Below, in pieces: positions 47,842 through 60,281 of a DNA stretch of 64,000 bases (the first letter of the stretch is position 1; the number at the start of each line of letters is the position of its first letter). Below the pieces are notes generated by a model. It saw nothing but the letters and a program-made list of their open reading frames with translations. It searched no databases and had not been told where the DNA came from. The stretch comes from an uncultured Acidobacteriota bacterium. Its GTDB lineage: Bacteria > Acidobacteriota > JAQAZP01. The translations under genes were made by a program, and so were the position numbers. The stretch lies in the NCBI GenBank assembly GCA_963836075.1, contig CAWIIB010000009.1:1056001-1120000 (forward strand), in the 5' to 3' direction.

Positions 47842-49212
47842 TCAGAGCAGCTTGAGGATCTCCTTCTCCAGGTTCTCTTCGTCACCCTCTTCAAAACCGA
47901 GGTGGTAGAACATGACCCGGCCCTGCCGGTCGATGAGATAGGAGGTGGGGAAGGAGCGGACGCCGAAGATGGTGCGCACCACTTCCTCCTCGCCCTCGCC
48001 GTTCTCCAGGCAGGTGTAGGTCAGGTTGTTCTCGGTGATAAAAGTGGTGGCGCCTTCGGTGTCCCGCTGGCCTTCCACGGCCACCACGGCCAGTCCCTTG
48101 TCCTTGTACTTCTGGTAGAGCGGTTCGAGGCGTGGCAACTCCACGCGGCATCCCCCTCACGTGGGGAACCAGAAGCTGAGCAGCACCACCTGTCCCTTGA
48201 GCTGGGAGAAGCTGAGCGGTTCGCCCTGGTAGTTCTTGAGCGTGAAGTCGTCCATCTGCACCGCGAGGCGCTGCCTGTTCTGCCACAGATAGTCCTCGAA
48301 GCCTTCTTCACCATGGACCGCGGTGTAGGCTCCGTGAAGGGCGTCCATCGCCTCCACGTCCCCGCCGAGAATCGCGTCGGCCACCAGGATGTCCATCGCC
48401 TTGTTGTTCTGTCCCGCCTCGGCCAGGGTGCGGCCCCAGTAGCTGAACAGCGGGCTGTCGGGGACGCCGGCATAGTTGTAGCCGACGCTGCTGCTGCCTT
48501 CCAGGAAAGTCTCCAGTGCCATGTCCACCTTGCCCAGGTGGGCCAGGGCCCAGCCCATGCTGGCCAGGGAGGAGGCCTGGCGTTTTTTCAGCGCCTCCGC
48601 CACCTCATCGTCGGTGAAGGTCCGGCCCGGATAGTCGGCGCGGTAGGCCTCGGCGGTGGACATGTCCAGACCCGCCCGGGTGTGGTTCGCGGCCAGCTCC
48701 CAGGCCTCGCACTCCAGTGCGGCTTCGGTGACCTGCTTGTGCTCGGGATAGGTGAGCGGCTTGGTGCCGGCCAGCTCTTCGGCGGCGGCCTGCAGCGACT
48801 CCGCATCCCCCAGCCGGCCGTAGAGGCCCAGCAGTTCCAGCTGCATCTCCCGGCGCACATCGGGGTCGGTCACCGTGGGCAGGATCTTCTGGCAGAAGAG
48901 CAGCGCCTCGTCCTTTTTCCCCAGGGACTCGCCGAGGTAGTAGATGACGCCGGACATCGCGTATGCTGCCTGCTCGTTGTTCGGGTGATTCTCGACGAAC
49001 GTCTTCAGGATGGGAACCTTCTCCTCGTCGGTCTCCACGGCCCTGAGCTCGGTCAGCATGGTCTCCCAGGCCCTGGTTTCCGCGTCAACATCTTCGCCGG
49101 ACGCGGTGTCGGCCGCGGCCTGCTCCGCGGCGGGTTCGGCCCCCTGTTGCCCGCAGCCGGCCAGGGCCAGCAGCAGCACCAGCAAGGTAATGAACAGGAA
49201 CTTTCCGTACAT
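47842..49212 (-). CDS. Lipoprotein with a helical (TPR-like) region and a TlpA/redoxin domain; selenoprotein (UxxC), TGA at 48157-48159 read through
   Basis: LALAGC lipobox; ...GQVVLLSFWFPT-TGA-GGC-RVELPRL...FGVRSFPTSYLIDRQG in one frame; hairpin GCGTGG-AGTTG-CCACGC just 3' of the TGA. Confidence 0.88.
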
Positions 49213-49462
49213 GTGTTCTCCTTTGCTCTCTCCGGCCGGAATCCTTGGATAGCGACACGGAATAGTTGGCTATGGCAAACAGTATACTTCAACGCTTCCG
49301 GGGCCGTGGGGTTCAATCAGGAAAAGACGGAGGGGATCGGCGTGATGCGGTTCAGCCGGTGAACTCCAGCAGCCGCGCATGACCCTGGGCCTTGCCTTCC
49401 AGCTCGTCGTGCACGGCGATCAATCTGGTTGATAATGTGACCGGATCGGTATATAATCTTAT

Positions 49463-49480
49463 TTAGTAATAGATTCCTAA
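49463..49480. promoter_or_regulatory. Fur/PerR-type operator
   Basis: TTAGTAAT-AG-ATTCCTAA, an imperfect AT-rich palindrome just upstream of the fur-family gene. Confidence 0.6.
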
Positions 49481-49493
49481 TTAAGAGGCGCTG

Positions 49494-49994
49494 ATGAAAA
49501 CCAGTGGCACAGAGATTGGACGACAGGTGGCGCACTTCAGAAATGTCTGCCGTGAAGCAGGTGTGAAACTGACCCACCAGCGACTGGAGATTTTCCAGGA
49601 GCTGGCGCAAAGCAGCGACCACCCCGATGCAGAGCAGGTGTATCGAAACGTGCGCGAGCGGATGCCGACGGTGTCTCTCGACACGATTTACCGAACCCTC
49701 TGGCTGCTCAACGATCTCGGCCTGATCACCACGCTCGGGTCTCCCCGTGAGCGAACCCGCTTTGACGCGAACCTGAGCCGTCACCACCACTTCGTCTGCG
49801 TCAAGTGCGGGCTGACGCGCGACTTTTACAGCGATGAACTTGACCGGCTGGATCTGCCGGAATCGGTCAAAGCGCTGGGTCAGGTCAATACGGCGCAGGT
49901 GGAAGTGCGGGGCATGTGTACGGCCTGTGCGAGAAAAGACGTCGCCGGCAAGCGGTCGGTGCCGCCGACACCGGGGGGGAAGTCTGCAGGGTAG
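49494..49994 (+). CDS. Fur-family regulator (PerR/FurA-like)
   Basis: KLTHQRL, DHPDAE, SLDTIYRTL, HHHFVCVKCG, GMCTAC; directly upstream of katG. Confidence 0.92.
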   Translation: MKTSGTEIGRQVAHFRNVCREAGVKLTHQRLEIFQELAQSSDHPDAEQVYRNVRERMPTVSLDTIYRTLWLLNDLGLITTLGSPRERTRFDANLSRHHHFVCVKCGLTRDFYSDELDRLDLPESVKALGQVNTAQVEVRGMCTACARKDVAGKRSVPPTPGGKSAG

Positions 49995-52289
<2,295 letters not shown>

Positions 52290-52303
52290 TCGCAAGTGAG
52301 GAG

Positions 52304-52364
52304 AAAAAATGGGGACTGGCATCCTGATTCCCGAAGGGAGTCGGTGCCTGTCCCCCATTTTTTT
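52304..52364. repeat. GGGGAC...GTCCCC REP-like palindrome; probable bidirectional terminator
   Basis: AAAAAATGGGGACTGGCA...TGCCTGTCCCCCATTTTTT between convergent genes; same arms as 36523-36558. Confidence 0.7.
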
Positions 52365-52378
52365 TGAATGCAAGCGGC

Positions 52379-53038
52379 TCAGCCTGTGTACTCCAGCAGC
52401 CGCACATGGCGTTGGGGCTTGCCTTCCAGCTCGTCGTGAACATCCACAATCTGCTCGGCCAGCAGCTCCACCCCTTCCTTCGGCGCAAAGGAGCGTCCGC
52501 CGTCGGCCAGCAGCACACGCACGCCGTTGTCCCGGGCCCTGGCCAGCAGGGTCATCATCCGCTGGCTGGGAACCTTTTCGTAGAACATGTCGGCCACCAG
52601 GATCACTTCGGCCGACGGGGTGAAGCCATCCACGCTGAGGTCCCGTCCCTCGAAAATCAGCTCCACGTCGTTGGCCGCGGCGTTGAGGGCCGCCAGGTGG
52701 ATGGCCACCGGATCAATGTCGTTAACCACCACCTCCCGTGCGCCGGCCAGGGCGGCGGCGATGCCCGCCACTGCCCCGCCGCAGCCGAGCTCGAGGATGC
52801 TCTTGCCCTTCACGTCGATGGCCCCCTCCATGATGTGTCGGGCCATCACCGCGGCGCCGGGCCAGACCACGCACCAGTAGGGGATCTGGCGGGTGCCGCC
52901 GGTCTCATCCTCCCAGGCCTTCCAGAGGTCGTAGAGGTTGTCCGAGTAATGGGCGGTGACTTGCGGGCAGAGGGTTACGGGCCGGAGCGGCACGTGCTCC
53001 GCCAGCAGTCTGCTGGAGGGGATGTGGATTTTGTCCAT
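52379..53038 (-). CDS. Class I SAM methyltransferase (ETFbeta lysine MTase/METTL20-like)
   Basis: PYWCVVWPGA, ILELGCGGAV, NDIDP, ADMFYE. Confidence 0.82.
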   Translation of the reverse strand: MDKIHIPSSRLLAEHVPLRPVTLCPQVTAHYSDNLYDLWKAWEDETGGTRQIPYWCVVWPGAAVMARHIMEGAIDVKGKSILELGCGGAVAGIAAALAGAREVVVNDIDPVAIHLAALNAAANDVELIFEGRDLSVDGFTPSAEVILVADMFYEKVPSQRMMTLLARARDNGVRVLLADGGRSFAPKEGVELLAEQIVDVHDELEGKPQRHVRLLEYTG

Positions 53039-53155
53039 CTGTGCCTTCCCGGGCGATGGTTCACAGCAAGATCCCCCGTTTCCGGGGGACAGGTCAGCGC
53101 ACAGTATACGTAAAAGCGATTGTTACCGCGAGGTGTGGAAAGGCGGGACACCACA

Positions 53156-53873
53156 CTAGACGATAAAGGGCACGAAGACCCTGGTCCGGGCCTTGTACTC
53201 ATTCCCAGGCGGAGCCATACTTCTTCGCGGCCCACTTCTCGCTCTTGGGGATGGCGTCGGAGACATACTGCAGGAAGTTGAGCATCGGGGCGATCCAGCC
53301 CCAGGCCTGACCGCCGATCACCGCAAAGGAGACGTAGATCAGGAAATCGCCGAAGTAGTTGGGGTGCCGGCAAAGGGACCAGAGGCCGCTGTCGAGGAGT
53401 TTGCCGCTACTGTCCGGTCGAGCCTTGAAACGCTGTTTCTGGTAGTCGCCGCCGAAGTGGAAGATGGTGCCGACGATGTAGATGAGGATGGCGAGCGCGT
53501 CTCTCAGGCCCACCGGGGACGGGTCCCGGGTGGCAAAGAAGAAGGGCAGGCAGTAGGCCCAGCCCACGGTGTTGGTCAGCACTACGGGGATCAGGATCTT
53601 GTGGGCCAGGGACGTATCGTCGAGCTTGTCCAGGGCGGTGTTCCCGGTCCACCTGGTGAGGGTCCAGTTCATCCGCAACAGGTAGACCCCGACCATCACC
53701 AGCACCAGGATAGACCTCAGATTCAGCAGGCCATACCAGGTGTAGATCACCGTGACCAGCGCCATGGTGTTGAAGCCGGCCAGGAACGAGATATAGGTAC
53801 GCTTGGTGGCCAGGACGCTGAGGATGCCCAGCAGCGTCATTCCCGCGATGGCGATCAGGATCAGAAGCCACAT
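53156..53873 (-). CDS. DUF1295 family membrane protein; probable +1 indel near 53200
   Basis: GDYQKQRFK, SGLWSLCRHPNYFGD; removing one A restores WDEYKARTRVFVPFIV* ending at 53156. Confidence 0.8.
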
Positions 53874-53997
53874 GGTCGAGTCCTCGGCAAAAGCCTGGGG
53901 TTTCAGGATCAGACATCGCTATTTTCCATTTTGGCGGGTCAATCTGCAAGTGCTGATGAAGGAAAAGGCGGTTGACCACCGATCCATTTAAAACCCA

Positions 53998-55918
53998 TCA
54001 CCTCGGCCGATTCTCCACCAGGAAGACGAAGTTGCCCTCATGGTCGAGGGTGGCGGAACCGTTCATCTCGCCCAGCTGGGAAAGGAGCCTGGCCATGGCC
54101 CGGAACACCCGCACCGCGTGCCGTTCGGTCTCTTCTCCCTCAACGGTCTCAACTCCTTCATTATCCATCTTGGCCGGTTTCGGCAGAAATGGAATGACTA
54201 TTTTCTCTACCAATTCCCACTCGTACTGCACAATTAGTGAAATTCATGGAGAAGATATCCACTGCGCCCGGAAGGGCGACGGCTTCGTCCATCCAGCTGC
54301 CCGGCCGGTCCTGCAGGGTGGGGATGGTGCCGTGGGCCGCGGAGATCGCTTCCCGTACCGCCGAGCGCACCGGAGAGGCCACCAGCCGGTTGCCCACGAT
54401 GGCGAAGGATGGCGAGGGCAGGGGCAGGGGGATGAAGCCCTCCAGCTGCAGCCCGCGGATCTCCACCCCCTCGTGCTCCTCGCTGACCACCTTGGCACTC
54501 ACCAGGCCCCCGGAGATCTCGGCCACCGCCCCGGCCTCCCACTCGACGAATTCGGTGAGGAACTGTTCCACCCGGGGGCGGTGGAACAGTTCAACGGTGA
54601 GCAGCGGCCGCTGGAGCGGCCAGCGGTCCACGCCGTCCATCGCCGGCAGTATGGCCAGCGCGGTCTGGTTGCCCAGGAATGGGTAGAGGTCGGTCTGCGG
54701 CTCGAGACCGGTGGAATCGCAGAAGGTGGCCGCTGTTTCATCGAGCTTCCGGCGCAATGTCGGTGCGTGGTTCTGCAGCAGCCAGTCCAGCCCGGCGACG
54801 ATCTCGGCCGGGGAGGCGCCGATGTCGCCGGCGGTCAGGGCATCGCCCGGCAGATCCCCGGCCATCGGGCGGCCCACCGGACGCAGAGCGGATCCCAGCC
54901 GGGTCAGGCCGTCGGGCGGATCGGTTTCGGTGAGCCGCCCGGTGACCCGGGAGCGGATACGGTCCGGGGAGACCTCGCGGGCCATGCCCAGATGCTCCAT
55001 GCGGGACAGAATCGTGTTCACCGGGCCGAAGCTCTGGCCGGAGGCCAGCTGCAGGGCACTGACCCATTTGCGGGTTTCGGCGGAGTTGATGTAGGCGCGG
55101 ACCCAGTAGTCCTCGGGCAACTCCTCCATGGCCATTCGGTAGTCTTCCGAGGCGGAGAGAGAGCTGGATACGGATGCTGCCTTCCCGCGGAGCGCCTCGG
55201 CCACCTGGTTCATCTCCGGCCGGCTGTCCGGTGTGCTGAAAACGGCCCAGGAGCCCACCCGCTGGCCGGTGAGAACCACCTTTCCATTGGGGACGCGGAC
55301 CAGGAAGTGGCCTTCGCCGCTGCGGGGGGATGACCAGGTGAGCGGGGTGAGGGTGATCCGTCCGGTGAGCCAGGCCAGCGCCTTCACCGGGTCGGATTCA
55401 CCGTTTCCCATGGCGGCCACCACCGGTTCGGGCCGGCCCGAACCTGCCGAGGGGATCAGCGCCACGGCCAGGTGCACGCCGCAGAAGGCGTCCATGTTCT
55501 GGCGGAACTCGGCGCCGGTTTTCCAGTAGTCGGTGGCGGTGGCCAGCACCGACAGCGGGGCGGCGGGCTCGCCGCCCGCCGCTGCCAGTTCGTTGAGCAG
55601 CGGGCCCAGCTCGGGCCAGAAGTCCATCTGGGTCAGCGTCTCCAGCCCGTCGGAGATATTGCGGCATTCCACGTATACCAGGGCGTCCGCCGGGAAGGCA
55701 TACGAGGGGTTGGGTATCACCTGGACGGATACGCTCCCCTCCTGCGGATCCGTTTCAGCCGGGGACGCCATCAGGATCGCCGAGAGCAGCATGGCGGCGG
55801 TGCTGATGGTGGGGCCGATGAGGAGCGCAGCGGCGAGGAGGATCAGGATCCCGGCGGCGATGCTGCCGGCCACCGAGTGCCTGCCTTCTCTCCTGCCCCA
55901 TCTCATTAACCTTTTCAT
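53998..55918 (-). CDS. Large envelope protein (DUF3352-like); probable frameshift near 54230
   Basis: GGAGG RBS + N-terminal TM; FPADALVYVE, LPGDAL, DLYPFLG, PSFAIVGNRLV; the 53998..54231 ORF looks like its C-terminus. Confidence 0.55.
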
Positions 55919-55974
55919 CGTTCTTCCTCCCAGCCGGGCCGCTCCATCATTGTCGCACGGAGAGGCCGGCATCA

Positions 55975-57135
55975 TCAGCTTTTTTCGCCGTCGGGAGCTG
56001 GCGGCGGCGGTGTGGCTTCCGCGATGTTCTCCCCGTCCACCTCGCCATCTTCACTGGCCTGCTTGCCGAGAATGCGGTCGAAGGCGGTCAATCCGCCCAT
56101 GGCGCCGAGGCCCATGGTCTCCACTGCGGTGGAGGGGACGATGATCATCGAGCCCTTCTTCTTCAAGCCTTCGAAGACCATGTTCATTGCGCGAAGGTGC
56201 AGGGCCGCCGGGTTGTTCTTGTAGTATTCGGAGGCCTGGGAGAACTTCTCGGCGATCTCGGTCTCGGCGGTGGAGAGGATGATCCGCGACTGGCGCTCAC
56301 GCTCGGCCTGGGCCTTGCGGCTCATGGCGTCCTCGAGGGCGCTGGGGATGATGATGTCCCGGATCTCCACCGACTGGACGGTGATGCCCCAGGCGCTGGT
56401 CTTGGTATCCAGCACCTGCTGGATCTCCTTGCCCAACCGGTCGCGCTGGGAGAGCATCTCGCCCAGTTCGTGGCGGCCGATGGCGTCCCGCAATCCGGTC
56501 TGGGCCGAGAGGGACACGGCGGCTTCGAAGTCGGCCACTTCCAGTACGGCCTTCTGGGCGTCCCAGACCATCCAGAAGGCGATGGCGTCGACGTTCACCG
56601 GCACGGTGTCCTTGGTCAGTGTTGTTTCGGCTTTGAAATCGGTGACCCGGATCCGCTGATCGACGTAACTGGCCACCTTGTCGATCACCGGCAGGACGAG
56701 GAAGAGCCCTGACCCGCAGAGCCCGCGGAACTTGCCGAAGCGCAGCACCACAGCCCGCTCCCACTGGTAGGCCATCTGGATGCACGGCGAGATGAGCCCG
56801 GCCAGTACCACCGAGATGATCAGGATCTCGCTCTCCGGCCGGTGGCGCAGATAGACGCCCAGGGCGGACAACGTGGTGAGGATGGCCACCGCCTCCCAGA
56901 TCTGGGTCAGGCGGTAGAGCCCGGCCAGCACCAGGGCGATGGTGATCATGGTGATCACCGCGGAGAGGCGGAAGGGATACATCGCCAGCTGGGCGAAGAG
57001 GCCGGCGAAGCAGATGGAGACCAGGATCATGATGTTCAGCGGGCCGAAGCGGAAGTCGGCCCGGAACCCGCTGGAAAATTTGTCCAGGCTTCCCATGCTC
57101 ATCGAGCTGTTGGATTTGGATGATATCTTGATCAT
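55975..57135 (-). CDS. SPFH/stomatin (slipin) family protein with an extended N-terminal TM region
   Basis: QWERAVVLRFGKF, TLTKDTVPVNVDA, AQTGLRDAIG, WGITVQSVEIRDI, KAQAERERQ. Confidence 0.9.
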   Translation of the reverse strand: MIKISSKSNSSMSMGSLDKFSSGFRADFRFGPLNIMILVSICFAGLFAQLAMYPFRLSAVITMITIALVLAGLYRLTQIWEAVAILTTLSALGVYLRHRPESEILIISVVLAGLISPCIQMAYQWERAVVLRFGKFRGLCGSGLFLVLPVIDKVASYVDQRIRVTDFKAETTLTKDTVPVNVDAIAFWMVWDAQKAVLEVADFEAAVSLSAQTGLRDAIGRHELGEMLSQRDRLGKEIQQVLDTKTSAWGITVQSVEIRDIIIPSALEDAMSRKAQAERERQSRIILSTAETEIAEKFSQASEYYKNNPAALHLRAMNMVFEGLKKKGSMIIVPSTAVETMGLGAMGGLTAFDRILGKQASEDGEVDGENIAEATPPPPAPDGEKS

Positions 57136-57150
57136 CGTTCGGCTCCTTGT

Positions 57151-57528
57151 TTAGCGGTTGCGTCGCTGTTCGAGGTTGGCGAGGATGTCCTCGAGGCTGA
57201 ACCCGTGGGTCGAGGCCCGCGAGAGCATCTCCTGGCACAACTGGTCCAGGATGCGTCGCCGCTCCACGTCGTCCTGCTCCACTTTCTGCCGGCCGACAAA
57301 GGTACCCGACCCCATCTGGGTCTCCACCAGCCCGGTGAGTTCGAGCTCGGTGTAGGCCCGGCTCACCGTGTTGGGGTTGATCGAGAGGTCGACGGAGAGC
57401 TGCCGCACCGTGGGAAGCCGGTCACCCGGCTCGAGACTCCCGGTGGCGATGGAGCTCTTCACCTGGTCGATGATCTGCCGGTAGAAGGGAACTCCGCTCT
57501 TCAAATCGAGCTGGAAATTGATCTCCAA
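57151..57528 (-). CDS. GntR/YtrA family regulator
   Basis: VPFYRQIIDQ, PGDRLPTVRQL, INPNTVSRAY, GSGTFV; AAGGAGG RBS. Confidence 0.92.
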   Translation of the reverse strand: MEINFQLDLKSGVPFYRQIIDQVKSSIATGSLEPGDRLPTVRQLSVDLSINPNTVSRAYTELELTGLVETQMGSGTFVGRQKVEQDDVERRRILDQLCQEMLSRASTHGFSLEDILANLEQRRNR

Positions 57529-57577
57529 GTGTCCCTCCTTCTCGTATAAGAATCGTCCTAGTGGACTATTGTCATGG

Positions 57578-57610
57578 TGTATTAATACAATTTTATTGCC
57601 AGCTTGTCAA
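57578..57610 (-). promoter_or_regulatory. Sigma70 promoter overlapped by a YtrA-type palindrome
   Basis: Minus strand TTGACA-N17-TATTAA; TGTATTAATACA palindrome at 57578-57589. Confidence 0.7.
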
Positions 57611-57719
57611 GAAAAAAAATGGGGACCGCTACCTCCCCCTGTAAACTTATGAAAAATAATAGGTATGATTTCGTAGGGACAGTTACCTGGTCACCGTCCC
57701 CGATTCAGGGGGGGGACAC

Positions 57720-57760
57720 AAAAAAGCCCGGCAACCGGGGGATCTCCGGCTGCCGGGCTC
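57720..57760 (-). terminator. Rho-independent terminator
   Basis: Minus strand GAGCCCGGCAGCCGG...CCGGTTGCCGGGCTTTTTT after the 57782 stop. Confidence 0.75.
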
Positions 57761-57781
57761 CTGGATTCTGGTTCAGCGCAA

Positions 57782-58201
57782 CTACTCTTTCTTGGCGTCC
57801 TCGGCCTTTTTCGCGGCTTCATCAACCTCAGCCTTGGCCGCTTCCCCGGCAGCGGCCGCTTCGGCAGCAATTTCCGGCGCGGTCTCCTTGATCTCTTCCA
57901 CCGCCTCCAGCACTTCTTCCGCGGCGGCCGGGTCCATTTCCTTCATCGCTTCGGCGACCGCTTCAGCTTCGGCCGCAGCATCCACGATCTCCTTCTCGAT
58001 CTCTTCCTTGGTCGGCAGAGCCTCGGGTTCGGCAGGTGCCGCAGGTTTTGCCGGCGCTTCCGGTGCTGCCGCGTCGGCAGTCTTCTCAGCCTTGTCGTCG
58101 CAGGGCTTGTCCTTCTTGACCGGCGGATCGTCGGCCATCACCAGAGTCATGCCGCCGGCCAGCAGACAGATCATGCAGACCATAAAGATCTTCCTCAACA
58201 T
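57782..58201 (-). CDS. Secreted Ala/Glu/Lys-rich low-complexity protein
   Basis: AGGAGGAG RBS; signal peptide MLRKIF...LVMA; acidic helical repeats. Confidence 0.7.
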   Translation of the reverse strand: MLRKIFMVCMICLLAGGMTLVMADDPPVKKDKPCDDKAEKTADAAAPEAPAKPAAPAEPEALPTKEEIEKEIVDAAAEAEAVAEAMKEMDPAAAEEVLEAVEEIKETAPEIAAEAAAAGEAAKAEVDEAAKKAEDAKKE

Positions 58202-58322
58202 CAGTCCACTCCTCCTCCTGATCAGAAAATTTATTGTTATATAAATGGCTTGACCCTTTGTACCACCCTGCTCTTGCGCAGTCAATGACTAAATCTGTCG
58301 GTTTTCCTGCGCCCTTGGGTGT

Positions 58323-58493
58323 TCAGCTGTTGATCATGAGAATCATGATCACAAGGAAGGTGATGACGGCAACAATGATGGAGATCTCAAGGCCATGGAT
58401 GCTCCGGTTCTGCCTGGAGATCGTCTGCTGCAGTTCTTGTTCCCATTCGCTGGGGCGGTCTGATGGGCGGCGCTCCTGATCATCAATTGGCAT
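58323..58493 (-). CDS. Small C-terminally anchored membrane protein (56 aa; absent from the ORF track)
   Basis: MPIDDQERRPSDRPSEWEQELQQTISRQNRSIHGLEISIIVAVITFLVIMILMINS*. Confidence 0.45.
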   Translation of the reverse strand: MPIDDQERRPSDRPSEWEQELQQTISRQNRSIHGLEISIIVAVITFLVIMILMINS

Positions 58494-58674
58494 TGATCTC
58501 TCTTCCGGATGGTTGTTTTGAAAGGAAGCTCCCGGTTTCTGTTCAATTCTGTAGACTGGTTCGGGCGGAATAAGTCACACGGGAGGCGGAGCGGGGAACA
58601 GGTGCGAGGAGGTGCGTACATTAACATGACCGGACCCGCTGACAGCCGGTCCGGCCATGCAGTTCGGTCAAAGT

Positions 58675-58857
58675 TCAGATGACCTGGGCGGAGGTCAACA
58701 GGATTGCGGTCCCGAGAAAGAAGATCGTGGCGCTGATGGCAAACTCCAGGTACCAGTTCCTCCTGGTCCCGCTGGTGAGTTTATCTCCCATGTCTCGTGC
58801 AATCGTCTTCAGCTGCTCTGTGTGTGTGCTGCTATTCGAACTGGTGACGGTTCTCAT
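58675..58857 (-). CDS. Small C-terminally anchored membrane protein (60 aa)
   Basis: Ends WYLEFAISATIFFLGTAILLTSAQVI*; GC hairpin just downstream. Confidence 0.45.
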   Translation of the reverse strand: MRTVTSSNSSTHTEQLKTIARDMGDKLTSGTRRNWYLEFAISATIFFLGTAILLTSAQVI

Positions 58858-59099
58858 TATCTACCCCTGCTTCAGTATGGATGTCGGTGGCAACCGGTTA
58901 GTTCTGCTCTGTCTACTAGTAAGATTGATTCCGGAGAGAAAAGTTACATAAATATCATCTTGAGTCAAAAAAAAGTCTGTCCGGATTCCGGTGCGGATGA
59001 CGAGATATGGACAGCACGGCTGAATCTGTCCCGGGGATCAGGGTGTGATCCGGGACGACATCACCGCCCAGCTCCGGCAGGAGGTGGACGCGGACCAAC

Positions 59100-59511
59100 A
59101 GAGCGTTCACCGCGCCCTGGAGAGGCTGGGCGCAACCGTGGAGTTCGGGACAATCTCTGTACTACAGCCTGTTCTATGACGCGGTCATTTCCTCGTATCC
59201 TGATCTGCTGATGACCATTTCCGCCGGCAACGAGGGCCCGAATAATACGCAGTTCAACGATCCGGCCATTGCTTACAACCCCATCGCCGTGGCCAATGTG
59301 GATGACCAGGGGACGGTCTTCCGCAGCGACGACGAGATCTGGTACTCGAGCAGCCGTGGACCATTCACATTACTCCTACTACGTGGAGTGGGGTCCCCAC
59401 CAGTGGTATCTGCCGGTGGACGTGACGCCGGTGCCCTACAACCAGCCGCCCTACCCGCCGGCCGGGGACAGTGACAGTTCCTCCTGCACGGTGGTGGCCA
59501 ACGCGCCCTGA
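59100..59511 (+). pseudogene. Skeleton of an S8 subtilase-like gene retaining the PYNQPPYP C-terminus
   Basis: ISAGNEGP...PAIAYNPIAVANVDD...YSSSRGP (S8 motifs), followed in another frame by VDVTPVPYNQPPYPPAGDSDSSSCTVVANAP*. Confidence 0.7.
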
Positions 59512-59627
59512 GGCAGCCGTTCCCCGTGAGAATGGTGCTGCTGATCGGTCAAGAGGGAATGCTGAATCGTGGGAGAGGACGTCGGGCGCTCCTGCGCCCG
59601 GCGTCCTCCGGTACGGGGTGCGTATGA

Positions 59628-60170
59628 TCACTCCCCCGGGATCTCGGGCGGGATCTCGCAGGGAGCCGGACCGGCCGGCAGGCCGCCGTCCCCTGCACCC
59701 CGGAAGTCGAGGGCGACGGAGTTGATGCAGTAGCGTTCGCCGCCAGGCGCCGGCCCGTCCTCGAAGACGTGGCCCAGGTGGGCTTCGCACTTCCGGCAGA
59801 CCACCTCGGTGCGCACCATACCGTGCGAACGGTCGGCTTTCGTCCCCACGCTCTCCTCGCCGGCCGGACGGGTGTAGCTGGGCCAGCCGGTGCCGGAGTC
59901 GAACTTGTCCTCCGCGGAAAAGAGCGGGTTGCCGCAGGCGGCACAGAGATAGGTCCCGTCGTCCTTCTTGTCCCAGTAGGCTCCGCTGAAGGGCCGCTCG
60001 GTCCCCTTCTCGCGCATCACCCGGTATTGCTCGGGGGTGAGCTGCGCTTCTTTCATGGCGTCAGTTGCCTTCATCTTGTCGTCCGGGTCATCACCGGCCC
60101 AGGCGCCGCCGCAGACGGCCCCCAGGGTGAAGAGCATGATGATCAACAGCGACGGATTTTTTGTCTTCAT
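59628..60170 (-). CDS. msrB: Peptide-methionine (R)-S-oxide reductase with a signal peptide
   Basis: GTERPF, CAAC, KFDSGTGWPSY, CRKCEAHLGHVFEDGP, RYCINS. Confidence 0.95.
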   Translation of the reverse strand: MKTKNPSLLIIMLFTLGAVCGGAWAGDDPDDKMKATDAMKEAQLTPEQYRVMREKGTERPFSGAYWDKKDDGTYLCAACGNPLFSAEDKFDSGTGWPSYTRPAGEESVGTKADRSHGMVRTEVVCRKCEAHLGHVFEDGPAPGGERYCINSVALDFRGAGDGGLPAGPAPCEIPPEIPGE

Positions 60171-60281
60171 GGCTACCATCTCCTTTCGCCATACGGCGCT
60201 GAACGGACCCCGCGGGGTGGATATTGTCATGGTCACTCCTAACTATGCCGTGAAGGGTGCGGGTGTGACCGTGCGGCGGTG

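Noticed and set aside
59628-60170. MsrB as a second selenoprotein
   Set aside because: The catalytic position is a normal Cys (RYCINS); no in-frame TGA.
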